This document shows, piece by piece, positions 11,355 to 23,174 of a stretch of 64,000 nucleotides of DNA (positions are counted from its first letter, which is position 1; the number at the start of each line of letters is the position of its first letter). The stretch covers positions 643 through 64,642 of the forward strand of contig QCVU01000001.1 in the NCBI GenBank assembly GCA_003210275.1. Reading direction: 5' to 3'. This DNA is from Prochlorococcus sp. AG-686-M10 (lineage in GTDB: Bacteria > Cyanobacteriota > Cyanobacteriia > PCC-6307 > Cyanobiaceae). A program made the translations under genes and the position numbers. The notes under the pieces were generated by a model. It ran no database searches, was not told the DNA's origin, and saw only the letters and a program-made list of their open reading frames with translations.

Positions 11355-12062
11355 TTGAAATTACCAAAAGAATTCTTATTAAGTGAATTATTGAACCTTA
11401 ATGTAAAAGGCAATGCAACCTTAAATTATGGTAACGGTGAAAATGTTTGGATGCATCCACCTGTTCATAGGATTTTAGGTTGGTATTCTCGTCCCTCAAA
11501 TTTTGATTTAAAGCGCAATGTATGGAAATTAAATCAAATAAGTCAAATAATAGATAATGATATTTTCGTAAAAGGAGATCCTGCAATTTCAGACCTTGCT
11601 ATTTTAAATAGATTTCCCAATTTAATTGAAGCTAGTTTAGTTAATTCAGAAGGTTCAAAGATAGGAGTGATAGCAGATTTTTTATTCGAAATGAAAACTG
11701 GTAACATAAAGTTTTATCTAATTTCTCGTTCCAATCCAAGGATTCCAGGGTCAAGTCGATGGAAATTAAATATAGAAAATATTATCGATCAGCAACCTGG
11801 TTTAGTTTTTTGTTCTTGCGTTTCTTTAGAGGATTTTCCTTTAATAAAATCAAGTATTAAATATCAATTTTTAAAAAAAGGAAAGAAAATAATTGATCGT
11901 TTTGATGATATGAAAAACACTGCAACAAATAGACTAGAAGATTGGCTTGAAGAAGATGAAGATATAAACCAAAAGTCAGAATTTAAGCGTAATAGTTTTT
12001 ATAATGATGAGGAAGAAGTAAGATCTTTCAGAAACAAAAGAGAAGATGACCCTTGGATTTGA
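11355..12062 (+). CDS. Conserved picocyanobacterial PRC-barrel-like protein
   Basis: WMHPPVHRILGW and C-terminal EDDPWI; lies between dnaN and purL. Confidence 0.7.
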   Translation: MKLPKEFLLSELLNLNVKGNATLNYGNGENVWMHPPVHRILGWYSRPSNFDLKRNVWKLNQISQIIDNDIFVKGDPAISDLAILNRFPNLIEASLVNSEGSKIGVIADFLFEMKTGNIKFYLISRSNPRIPGSSRWKLNIENIIDQQPGLVFCSCVSLEDFPLIKSSIKYQFLKKGKKIIDRFDDMKNTATNRLEDWLEEDEDINQKSEFKRNSFYNDEEEVRSFRNKREDDPWI

Positions 12063-12065
12063 CTA

Positions 12066-14405
12066 ATGATAGATTCTTTAAATAACGATATTTATGACGT
12101 TAATTCATCACTCAAACTTGAAAACTTGACTTGTGATGATTACGAAGAGATATGTAAGAGATTAGGAAGAAAACCCAATAGAACTGAATTGGGAATGTTT
12201 GGAGTAATGTGGTCTGAACATTGCTGTTATAGAAATTCAAAACCATTATTAGCTAATTTTCCTATTACAGGAAAAAATGTTTTGGTTGGTCCAGGAGAAA
12301 ATGCAGGAGTTATTGATGTCGGAAACGATCAGAAACTTGTCTTCAAAATAGAAAGTCATAATCATCCTTCTGCAATTGAACCTTTTCAAGGAGCTGCAAC
12401 AGGAGTGGGTGGTATATTAAGAGATATTTTTACTATGGGTGCGAGACCTATAGCAGTTTTAAATTCTTTAAGATTTGGTAATCTTGATAAATCATCAAAC
12501 ATTTCTCTACTTCGTGGAGTAGTTGCAGGAATATCTCATTACGGTAATTGTGTAGGTGTTCCTACCGTCGGTGGAGAAATAGATTTTGATGATAGTTATT
12601 CTGGAAATCCTTTAGTTAACGTTATGGCTTTAGGTTTACTAGAAACTAATGAAATTGTTTGTTCAGGAGCAAAAGAAGTAGGTTCTCCTGTTTTATATGT
12701 AGGAAACACTACAGGAAAGGATGGAGTAGGAGGTGCCAGTTTTGCTAGTTCGGAATTAACTACTAGCTCTTTGGATAATAGACCAGCAGTACAAGTAGGC
12801 GATCCATTTATAGAAAAAAGTCTCATTGAAGCTTGTTTAGATGCTTTTAAAACAGGAGATGTACTTGCTGCTCAAGATATGGGGGCTGCGGGCTTAACAT
12901 GTAGTAGTGCTGAAATGGCTGCAAATGGTGGTTTAGGAATTTCGATTAACTTAGATTTAGTTCCAGCAAGAGAGAATGATATGTCCCCTTACCAATATTT
13001 GTTATCTGAATCTCAAGAGAGAATGTTACTGGTTGTTAAAGAAGAAAAGTTAAATACACTTATTAATCAATTTAAAAAATGGGGACTTTTCGCAAGTGTT
13101 ATTGGTCAAGTAATATCTGAAAGAGAAGTTATTATTTCTCAAAAAAATCAAATAGTTGCTCAAATTCCTACTTCTGCTTTATCTGAAGAAACTCCAATAA
13201 ATATTCATAATGTTATTAAAGAGCCTCCTAATTATTTATTAAAGAAATGGGAATGGTCAGAAGAAGATTTACCAATTATCAGCGAAAATAAAATTCTTTC
13301 TTTGAAAGACAAAAAAAAATATTCTTTTTCTGAAATTGTTTTAAAACTTTTAGCTAATCCTTCAATTGCTTCTAAAAGTTGGGTTTATCGACAATACGAT
13401 TCCCAAGTACAATCAAATACTGTATTTAAGCCAGGAGAGGCAGATGCAGCGTTAATAAGACTTAGAGGACAAGATGAGAAAAATAAAAATAATATATTTT
13501 CTGGTGTTGCAGCTTCCGTAGATTGCAATAGTAGATGGGTTTTATTAGACCCTTATAGAGGAAGCATTGCAGCAGTTGCAGAATCCGCAAGAAATGTAAG
13601 TTGTGTTGGTGCTGAGCCAATAGCGATAACAAATAATCTAAATTTCTCATCACCTGATACTGAAATAGGATATTGGCAACTTTCATCAGCATGTGATGGA
13701 ATTTCTAAGGCTTGTATTGCATTAGAAACTCCTGTAACAGGTGGAAACGTTTCTTTATATAACGAATCAAAAAATCAAAAAAATCAAGTAACTCCTATTA
13801 ATCCTACTCCTGTTATTGGTATGGTAGGAACAATTAAAAATGTAAATAATGCTATTAGTTCAGGATGGAAGAATGTAAATGATCAAATCTGGATAATTGG
13901 TTCAAATTCTTCTGAATCATCAATTGCGGCAAGTTCTTATTTAGAGTATTTTCATGGATTAGTTACAGGCAGACCTCCTAAATTTAATTTAAAAGATGAA
14001 AAATATTGTCAAAGCTTTTTAAGAGATGCAATTTCAAAAAATTATATTGCTTCCTCTCATGATATTAGTGATGGAGGTTTAGCTGTTGCTTTATCTGAAT
14101 GTTGTATTTTGTCTTCTAAGGGAGCAAATATACAATTAGAAGAAAAAAACATTCGTAAAGATAATATGTTGTTTAGTGAGGGAGGTTCAAGAATAATCTT
14201 TTCACTTTATAAAAAAGAAGAATTAAACTTTTTGAAATTCCTTAAAATGAATAGTAAAGATTTTTGTGAAAACGTATACGTCAAAAAAATTGGATTTGTT
14301 TCTGAAAAAAATCTTGACATTACCCTTCAAGATAAAACTTTATGCAATTTAAGGGTTGATGAATTAACAGAAAAATTTAATAATAGTATTTCTAGTTACG
14401 TTTAA
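12066..14405 (+). CDS. purL: Phosphoribosylformylglycinamidine synthase subunit PurL
   Basis: MWSEHCCY, ESHNHPSAIEPFQGAATGVGG, QDMGAAGL, LLSESQERM. Confidence 0.97.
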   Translation: MIDSLNNDIYDVNSSLKLENLTCDDYEEICKRLGRKPNRTELGMFGVMWSEHCCYRNSKPLLANFPITGKNVLVGPGENAGVIDVGNDQKLVFKIESHNHPSAIEPFQGAATGVGGILRDIFTMGARPIAVLNSLRFGNLDKSSNISLLRGVVAGISHYGNCVGVPTVGGEIDFDDSYSGNPLVNVMALGLLETNEIVCSGAKEVGSPVLYVGNTTGKDGVGGASFASSELTTSSLDNRPAVQVGDPFIEKSLIEACLDAFKTGDVLAAQDMGAAGLTCSSAEMAANGGLGISINLDLVPARENDMSPYQYLLSESQERMLLVVKEEKLNTLINQFKKWGLFASVIGQVISEREVIISQKNQIVAQIPTSALSEETPINIHNVIKEPPNYLLKKWEWSEEDLPIISENKILSLKDKKKYSFSEIVLKLLANPSIASKSWVYRQYDSQVQSNTVFKPGEADAALIRLRGQDEKNKNNIFSGVAASVDCNSRWVLLDPYRGSIAAVAESARNVSCVGAEPIAITNNLNFSSPDTEIGYWQLSSACDGISKACIALETPVTGGNVSLYNESKNQKNQVTPINPTPVIGMVGTIKNVNNAISSGWKNVNDQIWIIGSNSSESSIAASSYLEYFHGLVTGRPPKFNLKDEKYCQSFLRDAISKNYIASSHDISDGGLAVALSECCILSSKGANIQLEEKNIRKDNMLFSEGGSRIIFSLYKKEELNFLKFLKMNSKDFCENVYVKKIGFVSEKNLDITLQDKTLCNLRVDELTEKFNNSISSYV

Positions 14406-14452
14406 TAATGAATAAAAATATTGAATTCTCTAAAAATTACTTAAATTAAATT

Positions 14453-15913
14453 ATGTGTGGAATTGTTGGAATTGTTTCTTCTGATGATGTAAATCAACAA
14501 ATATATGACAGTCTTTTGCTACTTCAGCATAGAGGACAAGATTCTACTGGAATAGCAACAATGGAAAATACAGTTTTTCATATACATAAAGCTAAAGGTC
14601 AAGTAAGTACTGCTTATAGAACAAGAGACATGAGGAATTTAATAGGAAAAATTGGCTTAGGGCACGTTAGATATGCAACAAAAGGTTCAGCAGAAAGTGT
14701 TGAGGAAGCTCAACCTTTTTACGTTAATGCTCCTTATGGAATTGTTTTAATTCATAATGGAAACCTTACTAATACAAGAGATTTAGAAAAACAATTATTT
14801 AATGTAGATAAACGCCATACAAATTCTTCAAGTGATACTGAAATGTTGTTAAATATATTTGCAACTGAGTTACAAGAACAGATTCATAACCAAGATTTAC
14901 AACCGGAAATCATTTTCAATGCAGTTGAAACCTTACATAAAAGAATTCAAGGTTCATATGCTTCAATTGCTTTAATTTCAGGGCATGGCTTATTAGCTTT
15001 TAGAGATCCTTTTGGTATAAGACCTTTAGTTATTGGAAAAAGAATATCTCTAACTACTCAAAAAGAAGAGTGGATGGTAGCAAGTGAGTCTCTAGTTTTA
15101 GAAAATAATGATTATCAAGTTGTTAGAGATGTCGAACCTGGTGAGGCAATTTTTATAACTAATAATGGTGAATTTTTTTCAAAACAATGTTCAGAAAACT
15201 CAAGGCTATGTCCTTGTGCATTTGAATATGTCTATTTAGCTAGGCCTGATTCAGTAATGAATGGAATATCAGTTTATAAAGCTCGTTTAAAAATGGGTGA
15301 CTTTTTAGCTGAGACAATTAAGCAAACAATAAACTCTGGGGATGTCGATGTCGTTATGCCTATTCCTGATTCCTCGCGTCCTGCGGCTATGCAAGTTGCT
15401 AGGCAGTTGGGTATAGAGTACAGAGAAGGATTTTTTAAAAATAGATATGTAGGTAGAACTTTTATAATGCCTGGTCATCAAAAACGTAAACAATCTGTAA
15501 GGCAAAAATTGAATGCTATGAGTACAGAATTTAAAAACAAAAATGTACTAATTGTTGACGATTCTATCGTAAGAGGAACAACATCAAAACAAATAGTACA
15601 AATGGCAAAAGACGCTGGAGCAAATAAAGTTTTTTTCACTTCAGCAGCACCACCAGTTAGATATCCTCATGTTTATGGAATTAATATGCCTAATAGGGAC
15701 GAATTAATAGCTCATGATAGAACAATTATTGAAATAGCAGAAAAGCTTGAAATAGATCACCTTGTTTATCAAAGTGTTGATAACTTGAGAAAATCTATAA
15801 TTACTGATTCTTCTATTCAAGAATTAGAAATGAGTTGTTTTACTGGTTCTTATGTTACTGGAACGGTAAATCAAGAATATTTACAATGGGTTGAAAATGA
15901 ATATAATTCTTAA
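14453..15913 (+). CDS. purF: Amidophosphoribosyltransferase
   Basis: N-terminal MCGIVG, LQHRGQD, PRPP motif [14 protein letters not shown]. Confidence 0.97.
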   Translation: MCGIVGIVSSDDVNQQIYDSLLLLQHRGQDSTGIATMENTVFHIHKAKGQVSTAYRTRDMRNLIGKIGLGHVRYATKGSAESVEEAQPFYVNAPYGIVLIHNGNLTNTRDLEKQLFNVDKRHTNSSSDTEMLLNIFATELQEQIHNQDLQPEIIFNAVETLHKRIQGSYASIALISGHGLLAFRDPFGIRPLVIGKRISLTTQKEEWMVASESLVLENNDYQVVRDVEPGEAIFITNNGEFFSKQCSENSRLCPCAFEYVYLARPDSVMNGISVYKARLKMGDFLAETIKQTINSGDVDVVMPIPDSSRPAAMQVARQLGIEYREGFFKNRYVGRTFIMPGHQKRKQSVRQKLNAMSTEFKNKNVLIVDDSIVRGTTSKQIVQMAKDAGANKVFFTSAAPPVRYPHVYGINMPNRDELIAHDRTIIEIAEKLEIDHLVYQSVDNLRKSIITDSSIQELEMSCFTGSYVTGTVNQEYLQWVENEYNS

Positions 15914-18351
15914 TTTATATGATTTTTTAATCGGTAACAACTTTCAAGATATTCATCTTTTTCTAAATTAAAAAAATTTATTTTTAGAAAATTTTTGCTA
16001 GAGTTAGTCTCCAATTTATTTAAATTTAATCTTGCAGATTTGTTTTTATTAGTTTCAACATCAATATATTGGTTGCTGGTAAAAACTTTTATAAAATGGT
16101 CATCTTTAAGGGAAATTTTCTCATTTACATAGCCTAATTTAGAATTATAAGAATCATAAATCTCGTCAATTTTTAATTTAAAAAATTTTCCTTTTTTAGA
16201 AACTAAATAAAGAACATCTTTATCTTTGCCTTTGCAACAAGAAACTATTTGTTCTGTAGGCAAAAGATTAACTAATAACAGTCCTAACGCTTGTTTTGTA
16301 GTTGGGTTTAAATATTTATTAGATAAATCAAATTTAAAAATCCTGCCAATAGAAGTTAATATTATTAATTTTTGTTCTTTGCTATAAATAAACGAATCAA
16401 TTATATTTGTAGAATCTTTTAATTTAGCAATTGAAAATATCCTAGTACTTTTTATCATATCTTCATCAAATAAAACCTTTTTAAATCTTCCATCTGAACT
16501 CAAAATGCATAAATAATTTTTTAAATTACTATCTAGATGATGAAAATTTATTATTTCTAATGGATCTATATTGCCTAAAACTTTTCTATCCAGTTTGTAG
16601 TCTGTATTTATATTTAACTTCCAATTAATCTGAAGAATTTTTCCTGAAGATGTAATTCCAATAATTTTTAAACTTTTATATATTTTGCATATAAACTTTT
16701 GGACATTTTTATTATCTATAAATTCATTTTCATGATCTAATAATTTTTTATAGTTACCATAAATTATTTTTTTTAAATAAAATCTACTATCTATTGATAT
16801 TTTTGTCTCTTTGTTTATAAGATCATCTAATATTTGATTATTTAAAGTATCTATTTCCTCTTCTTGATTAACATTTTTTAAGATTTTAGTTTTTCTTCTT
16901 ACACTAAATTTTTTCTTTAAATGCTTTAATTCTTCAATTAAAGTTTCAAGCAATAATCTTCTGTTACTCAAAAGATTAACAAGATACTTTTTCTTCTCAA
17001 GTAATTTTTTCATATCAATTTCTAGTTGCTTTTTTTCTAAATTTGTTAATTTTTTCAGAGGCATACCTAAAACCGCATCTGCTTGTTTATTACTTAGTTT
17101 AAGTTTGGGTATTAATATTGATTTAGCTTCAGTTGCATTTTCAGAGTTTTGAATGATCTCAATAATGTTTTTTATATTTTTAGTTGCAATTGAAAAACCT
17201 TCCAATATTGCAAGTTTTTCTGATGTGATTTTTAAAAAGTAATTTGTTTTTTTTCTAATTGTTTCTTCCCTAAATTCTAGAAAATAATTTAGATATTTTC
17301 TTAAAGTAAGTTGAATAGGTTTACCGTTAACTAAAGCTAAAAATATCGCACCAAAATTAGATTGTAACGCCGTCTTTTTGAATAAATTTGATACTACAAT
17401 TTCAGAATTTGAATCTTTTTTTAATTCGATTACTATCCTCATCCCGTCTCTGTCACTTTCATCTCTAATATCAGATATTCCATCAATTTTTCCTTGATTT
17501 ACTAATTCTGCAAGCTTTTCAATCCATCCTGCCTTACTTATTTGATAAGGAAGTTCCGAAATGATAAGTGCATTTCTTTTATGTTTTCCTTTCCCTAAAT
17601 TAATTTCTTCATTTTTGATTACACCTCTTACTGTTACAGATCCTCTTCCACGTTGATAAACTTCTTTCATTGCATCATTGCTAATTAACTCTCCTCCAGT
17701 TGGAAAATCAGGTCCTAATATTATTTTTGACAATTTTAAGTCGCTTATTTCTTTATCGTTTATTAGAGCAATTAAAGCATCAACTATCTCACCTAAATTA
17801 TGTGGAGGAATATTGGTTGCCATACCAACAGCGATTCCTGATGAACCATTTAATAGCAAAAAGGGTAATTGTGCGGGCAATATATCTGGCTCTTGTTGCG
17901 AACCGTCAAAATTATTTGAGTAACTTACTGTTTCTGATCCAATCTCTTGTAGAAAACATTCATGTGCTATTGGAGCTAGTCGTGTTTCGGTATATCTCAT
18001 TGCAGCTGGTGGATCATTATCAACAGATCCAAAATTTCCATGACCATCAAGAGTTGGATATTTTGTAGAAAAATCCTGAACTAATCTAACTAGTGCTTCA
18101 TAGACTGCTTGATCTCCATGAGGATGATATTTACCTAGTACATCTCCAACAACTCTGGCACATTTCCTGAATGGTCTATCTGGAGTAAGTCCTAGTTCAT
18201 GCATTGCGAAAAGAATTCTTCTTTGGACTGGTTTTAGACCATCTCTAGCATCAGGTAAAGCACGTCCAACTATCACGCTCATTGCGTACTCCAAATAGGA
18301 ACGTTGCATTTCTTCTTGCAACGATATAGAAGTGAATTTTTCCTTAGTCAT
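15910..18351 (-). CDS. parC: Type IIA topoisomerase subunit A (topo IV/GyrA paralogue)
   Basis: [37 protein letters not shown]; divergent C-terminal domain; ParC versus GyrA is inferred. Confidence 0.85.
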   Translation of the reverse strand: MTKEKFTSISLQEEMQRSYLEYAMSVIVGRALPDARDGLKPVQRRILFAMHELGLTPDRPFRKCARVVGDVLGKYHPHGDQAVYEALVRLVQDFSTKYPTLDGHGNFGSVDNDPPAAMRYTETRLAPIAHECFLQEIGSETVSYSNNFDGSQQEPDILPAQLPFLLLNGSSGIAVGMATNIPPHNLGEIVDALIALINDKEISDLKLSKIILGPDFPTGGELISNDAMKEVYQRGRGSVTVRGVIKNEEINLGKGKHKRNALIISELPYQISKAGWIEKLAELVNQGKIDGISDIRDESDRDGMRIVIELKKDSNSEIVVSNLFKKTALQSNFGAIFLALVNGKPIQLTLRKYLNYFLEFREETIRKKTNYFLKITSEKLAILEGFSIATKNIKNIIEIIQNSENATEAKSILIPKLKLSNKQADAVLGMPLKKLTNLEKKQLEIDMKKLLEKKKYLVNLLSNRRLLLETLIEELKHLKKKFSVRRKTKILKNVNQEEEIDTLNNQILDDLINKETKISIDSRFYLKKIIYGNYKKLLDHENEFIDNKNVQKFICKIYKSLKIIGITSSGKILQINWKLNINTDYKLDRKVLGNIDPLEIINFHHLDSNLKNYLCILSSDGRFKKVLFDEDMIKSTRIFSIAKLKDSTNIIDSFIYSKEQKLIILTSIGRIFKFDLSNKYLNPTTKQALGLLLVNLLPTEQIVSCCKGKDKDVLYLVSKKGKFFKLKIDEIYDSYNSKLGYVNEKISLKDDHFIKVFTSNQYIDVETNKNKSARLNLNKLETNSSKNFLKINFFNLEKDEYLESCYRLKNHIN

Positions 18352-18437
18352 TTAATAGGAAATTTACAGTAAGCTTTCATAAACTAAATTAAGATTAATA
18401 GGTAAATAAATATTTACCAGTATTAATAATTGGAAAA

Positions 18438-19292
18438 TTATTTAATTTTTGTTTTTGCAATTAACATTTCTTTTTTAAGTTGAGGATTTTCAAAAAGTTT
18501 TTCAGTAGAAATCTGTAGTTTTTCACCCCAAAGCTGTTCTTTTCTATAATCAAAGTCAACATAATTTGGTTCTTTATTTAAAGCTTTTTTTGCGAAAACT
18601 ATTGCTTTATTAATATCCTTATTTTGTAAACATGAAGCAAGTGCTAATAGTGGCTCTGCGTTTTCCTCTATATAAATAGCTTTTTTAAAAGAGATAATAG
18701 AAAGATCAGTTTTATTTAATTCGAAATAAGCTAAGCCTTTGTTGTTAATTGCCTGCCAAAAGTCCATCTTAATTTTTATTGCTTTATCAAATTCTTCTAT
18801 AGCTTTTTCATAATTTTTTTCCATTAAGTATATATTTCCTAATTGAAAAATTGCTTTAAAATTTTCAGGGAGGATTTTAATTCCTGATAGTAAGGATTTT
18901 TTTGCTTTTTTTATTTTGGATTGTTTAAGATATATGGTACTTTTTGCAAAATATATTTCACCCATTTTGGGGTTTATTTTCTGAGCATTATTTAGTGAAG
19001 TCAATGCATCATCATATAATTTATTAGCTATTTGTGTTTCAGCAAGAATAGTCCATAATGTTTCATTTGTATTGTTAATCTTTATAGCTAATTTTGCTAA
19101 ATTAAGACTATCCTTGACTTGTCCAAAATATAGAAGTTGATAAGCTTTTTTCCCAATTGATAATCCTTCTTTTTGTAAGCTTTTTGTTTCTGGGAAATAA
19201 TAATATGGTATTACAGCTTTTAAACTTTCAGAAATAAAAATATGGCTACTAATTATTGAAAAAAATATTATTTTTAAAATAGACTTTTTCAT
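18438..19292 (-). CDS. Tetratricopeptide repeat protein with signal peptide
   Basis: Repeated TPR helices (AIFQLGNIY, AINNKGLAY). Confidence 0.85.
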   Translation of the reverse strand: MKKSILKIIFFSIISSHIFISESLKAVIPYYYFPETKSLQKEGLSIGKKAYQLLYFGQVKDSLNLAKLAIKINNTNETLWTILAETQIANKLYDDALTSLNNAQKINPKMGEIYFAKSTIYLKQSKIKKAKKSLLSGIKILPENFKAIFQLGNIYLMEKNYEKAIEEFDKAIKIKMDFWQAINNKGLAYFELNKTDLSIISFKKAIYIEENAEPLLALASCLQNKDINKAIVFAKKALNKEPNYVDFDYRKEQLWGEKLQISTEKLFENPQLKKEMLIAKTKIK

Positions 19293-19296
19293 ATTC

Positions 19297-20241
19297 TTAT
19301 TTATTTTTTAACATTGCTTTTATATTTCTTTTCCACATCCATGGTTTTATTCTTTTTAATGTAGTTCCTTGAAGATTTTCCTTCCATTTTTTTTCATCCC
19401 AACTTAATGATTCGATATTAAGATTTTTAACCCATGATTTTGGATAAGCTTCAATATTTTTATTTAAAGGGACTTTTTTATTCCAAGGACATACATCTTG
19501 GCAAATATCACAACCAGCAATCCACCCATTCAAATGTTGTTCTACATGTTTCGGTAAAGCTTGATTTCTATTTTCTATAGTATGGTAAGCAATACATAGT
19601 TCAGAATCAATAACAAAAGGTTCTGTTATTGCATTTGTTGGACATTTTTCGATACATTTTTCACATACCCCACATAGGGATTTGGATGAATTGTCAGGCG
19701 TAAAATCTTCTGAAAGAATCAAAAAACCCAAGGTTAGCCATGATCCAAATTCTTTATTAATAAGATTACTATTTTTGCCTATCCAACCCAGACCTGATTC
19801 TTCTGCCCATGCTTTTTCCAAAAGAGGAGATGTATCAACGCAAATTTTCCACTTGCAATTTGGCACTTCAGTATTAATCCATTTACCTATTTTTTTTAAC
19901 TTCTTATTAATAACTTTGTGATAATCTTCTCCCTGCCCAAATTTTCCAATTTTGAATTGCTCTTTTTCTTTGTGTTCTTCAGTTAAATAATTAAAACCAA
20001 CAGTTAAAACACTTTTTGCTCCACTTAAAAGAGATTCTATACTTTTTCTTCTTTCGGCTTCCATCCACTTCATTTCAGAATGATAATTATTTGCTAACCA
20101 TCTTTCTAGGGCTTTAGTTCTTAGTTTTAGGCGAGAACTTCCGGGTATTGATGCTATTCCGGACACAGCAAAACCTTCGAATATTGCTCTTTTTTTTAGC
20201 TTATCACTGAATTCTTTTTTATTTTGAAACGTATCTTTCAT
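19297..20241 (-). CDS. queG: Epoxyqueuosine reductase
   Basis: CVDTSPLLEKAWA, GWIGKNSNL, CGVCEKCIEKCPT, GCDICQDVCPWN. Confidence 0.94.
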   Translation of the reverse strand: MKDTFQNKKEFSDKLKKRAIFEGFAVSGIASIPGSSRLKLRTKALERWLANNYHSEMKWMEAERRKSIESLLSGAKSVLTVGFNYLTEEHKEKEQFKIGKFGQGEDYHKVINKKLKKIGKWINTEVPNCKWKICVDTSPLLEKAWAEESGLGWIGKNSNLINKEFGSWLTLGFLILSEDFTPDNSSKSLCGVCEKCIEKCPTNAITEPFVIDSELCIAYHTIENRNQALPKHVEQHLNGWIAGCDICQDVCPWNKKVPLNKNIEAYPKSWVKNLNIESLSWDEKKWKENLQGTTLKRIKPWMWKRNIKAMLKNK

Positions 20242-20388
20242 ACTTTTATTATGAATTAGATTGAAATAAATGGTGTTATTAAATTAAGAAACTAATAAAT
20301 AATTTAAATTTATTAAAAATAAATATATCCCTATCAAGGAAAACTAGCTAAATTGTTAGTAAAATGAATAAAATTAGGAACTTTAATT

Positions 20389-21126
20389 TTGGTTGAATCT
20401 ACTCAAAGTCAAGATTCGAACCTAGGAACTAGGCTCCAACAAGATTTAAAAAATGATTTGATAGCAGGGTTGTTAGTAGTTATTCCATTGGCAACTACTA
20501 TTTGGCTTTCTTCTATTGTTAGCAAATTTGTTCTTACATTAGTTACTTCAGTCCCTAAACAATTAAATCCATTCATTACATTAAATCCTCTTTTACAAGA
20601 TTTAATTAACTTAACGTTAGGTTTAACAGTACCTTTATTGGCAATTTTGCTTATTGGTTTGATGGCGAGAAATTTTGTTGGGAGGTGGTTGTTAGAATTT
20701 GGAGAGGGTACTTTATCAAAGATTCCAGTTGCAGGAGCAGTTTATAAAACTCTTAAACAATTACTCGAAACTTTTTTAAGTAATAAATCTAATAGATTTA
20801 GAAGAGTTGTGTTAGTAGAGTATCCACGAGAGGGTTTATTTAGTGTTGGTTTTGTAACTGGGGATGTTGGCTCATCACTTCAATCAGAATTTGATGAGAA
20901 GTTATTAAGTGTTTTTATACCTACTGCTCCTAACCCAACGACGGGTTGGTATACATTAGTTCCTGAATCTTCTGTTAAAGATCTAGCTATTTCAGTAGAA
21001 GATGCATTTAGAACAATTATTTCAGTTGGTATTGTTAATCCTGATGAAAAAGATAACTCTTCAAATCCAACCTTTTCGAAATTGTTTTCCCAACTAAGAG
21101 CCTCTACAAATACTTCATCTACCTAA
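20389..21126 (+). CDS. DUF502 membrane protein
   Basis: Transmembrane segments, VLVEYPR, VFIPTAPNPTTGW. Confidence 0.9.
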   Translation: MVESTQSQDSNLGTRLQQDLKNDLIAGLLVVIPLATTIWLSSIVSKFVLTLVTSVPKQLNPFITLNPLLQDLINLTLGLTVPLLAILLIGLMARNFVGRWLLEFGEGTLSKIPVAGAVYKTLKQLLETFLSNKSNRFRRVVLVEYPREGLFSVGFVTGDVGSSLQSEFDEKLLSVFIPTAPNPTTGWYTLVPESSVKDLAISVEDAFRTIISVGIVNPDEKDNSSNPTFSKLFSQLRASTNTSST

Positions 21127-21129
21127 TCG

Positions 21130-21756
21130 ATGCATAACAGATCGCTATCACGAGAATTGTCTTTACTGTCATTAGGTCTTATTAAAGATAAAGGGGATTT
21201 AGAATTAAATAAAAGTCAAATTGATGAAATTTTTGAATCCGCTTTGGATTCTTTAATAAATCACTGTAGAGATGAGTTAGATGATTGTGAAGCAGATCTA
21301 GAAAATGTATCGCAACACATTTTAGATAGTGAATTAAAGGAAGGTAGTAATTCTTCTTTTGCAAATGTTCGAGATGAACTCAAAAAAGCTTTTTATAAAA
21401 TTGAATCAGTAATGAACTCACTTTCAGTTACTTTAGATTTTCCAAAATTGATTGTTTCAAGTAATCAAAACGATATGAGAGAAGATGTAAATCATAGAAT
21501 CTTAAGCATAATTAATAACTTAAAATCTATAGATTCTGAAATTGACGAAGTAATGGATGGATGGAGATTAAAAAGGTTGCCTAGGGTTGATCGCGATATA
21601 TTACGTTTAGCTTATGTTGATATTCATTTTTTAGACACTCCTGTTGCAGTTGCGTGTGATGAAGCTGTCAATTTAGCAAACAAATATTGTGATACACAAG
21701 GTAGAAAAATGATAAATGGGGTTTTAAGGAGATTGCAAAGAGTTAAGGTGAAGTAA
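21130..21756 (+). CDS. nusB: Transcription antitermination factor NusB
   Basis: RSLSRELSL, WRLKRLPRVDRDILRLA, MINGVLRR. Confidence 0.92.
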   Translation: MHNRSLSRELSLLSLGLIKDKGDLELNKSQIDEIFESALDSLINHCRDELDDCEADLENVSQHILDSELKEGSNSSFANVRDELKKAFYKIESVMNSLSVTLDFPKLIVSSNQNDMREDVNHRILSIINNLKSIDSEIDEVMDGWRLKRLPRVDRDILRLAYVDIHFLDTPVAVACDEAVNLANKYCDTQGRKMINGVLRRLQRVKVK

Positions 21757-21815
21757 TTATTTGATATAAATCAATAATTTTTTATAATTTAATTAAATAC
21801 GATTTAAAAATATTT

Positions 21816-23108
21816 ATGACTAATAATAAATCTGATAGTTCTCTTGAATGGGCTTCACAAGCTTATGCTTTATTAAAACAAAAACAAGAATTAAAAAAAC
21901 AAGAAGAGCAACAAAAAGTAGAGCAACAAAAAGTAGAGCAACAAAAAGTAGAGCAACAAAAAGTAGAGCAACAAAAAGTAGAGCAACAAAAAGTAGAGCA
22001 ACAAAAAGTAGAGCAACAAAAAGTAGAGCAATTAACGAAAGAAGTTAATAAAAAAGATTTTTCTAATTTGCAAAAAGATACTGAAGTTAAATTAGGAGAA
22101 TTTGATGAAGATTTCACTTGGTCAGCAATGGTGTTGGCTGCTCAGGGTAAAAAAGTAAATGAAATATCTATTGATGAAATAGATTGGTTGAGTAAATTAC
22201 GAAGAGGATTAGAAGAAACAAGAAAAGGTTTTGTATCAGAATTATTAGATAAATTAGGAGATGATCCACTTACACCAGAATCTTTAGATGATTTAGAAAC
22301 GCTATTAATAAGAGCTGACGTTGGTATAGATTCAACAGATAAAGTAATTAATTCACTTAGGAAAAAATTAAATGAAGAAGTTGTTGGAGGAGAAGAAGGA
22401 ATAAAATTTTTAAAAGATGAATTACGAGCAATTATTGAAAAGCCAATAAAAAATTCCGGCATAAATATTCTTGTTCCAAAGAGGGGTAAGTTGAACGTTT
22501 GGTTAATAGTTGGAGTAAATGGAGTTGGCAAAACTACAACTTTGGGGAAACTTGCTTATTTGTCATCAAAAAGTAATTATAAAACTTTAATAGCAGCAGC
22601 AGATACTTTTAGAGCAGCAGCAGTAGAACAATTGCAGGTATGGGGTGATAGAAGCAATGTTGATGTTATTTCGAATCAATCAAAGAATGCAGATCCAGCA
22701 GCAGTAGTTTTTGATGCTATTAATGCAGCAAATAAACGTAAAAGTGACCTATTACTCGTAGATACTGCAGGAAGGCTGCAAAATAAAAATAATCTTATGG
22801 ATGAATTATCAAAAATAAAAAAAATTATTGATAAAAAAGTTCCCGATGCGATTATTGAATCTTTATTAGTTTTAGATGCAAGTCAAGGACAAAATGGATT
22901 AAAGCAAGCAAAAAGTTTTGCAAAATCTGCAAATTTAAGTGGTGCAATTATTACTAAATTAGATGGTACGTCAAGAGGTGGAGTTTCTCTTGCCGTTTCT
23001 GCAGAAGTCAATTTACCTATCAGATTTATTGGCGCAGGAGAGGGTATCAAAGACTTAAGACCTTTCAATAGCTTTGAGTTTATCGAGGCTTTGCTTGCTG
23101 ATAGATGA
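21816..23108 (+). CDS. ftsY: Signal recognition particle receptor FtsY
   Basis: GVNGVGKTTT, DTFRAAA, DTAGR, TKLDG. Confidence 0.97.
   Translation: MTNNKSDSSLEWASQAYALLKQKQELKKQEEQQKVEQQKVEQQKVEQQKVEQQKVEQQKVEQQKVEQQKVEQLTKEVNKKDFSNLQKDTEVKLGEFDEDFTWSAMVLAAQGKKVNEISIDEIDWLSKLRRGLEETRKGFVSELLDKLGDDPLTPESLDDLETLLIRADVGIDSTDKVINSLRKKLNEEVVGGEEGIKFLKDELRAIIEKPIKNSGINILVPKRGKLNVWLIVGVNGVGKTTTLGKLAYLSSKSNYKTLIAAADTFRAAAVEQLQVWGDRSNVDVISNQSKNADPAAVVFDAINAANKRKSDLLLVDTAGRLQNKNNLMDELSKIKKIIDKKVPDAIIESLLVLDASQGQNGLKQAKSFAKSANLSGAIITKLDGTSRGGVSLAVSAEVNLPIRFIGAGEGIKDLRPFNSFEFIEALLADR
21906..22031 (+). repeat. 15-bp tandem repeat GAGCAACAAAAAGTA, 8 copies plus a partial, encoding (EQQKV)8 in the FtsY N-terminal region
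   Basis: Read directly; eight identical units. Confidence 0.97.
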
Positions 23109-23174
23109 AATTTAATTAATTTTAAAAAAAAATGTATTTTTAGTGTTAAAACATACCTATGTCTTCTATTTGTT

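Noticed and set aside
21848-22117. ORFs (RATKS)n and (STFCC)n
   Set aside because: Alternative-frame and antisense translations of the ftsY 15-bp repeat.
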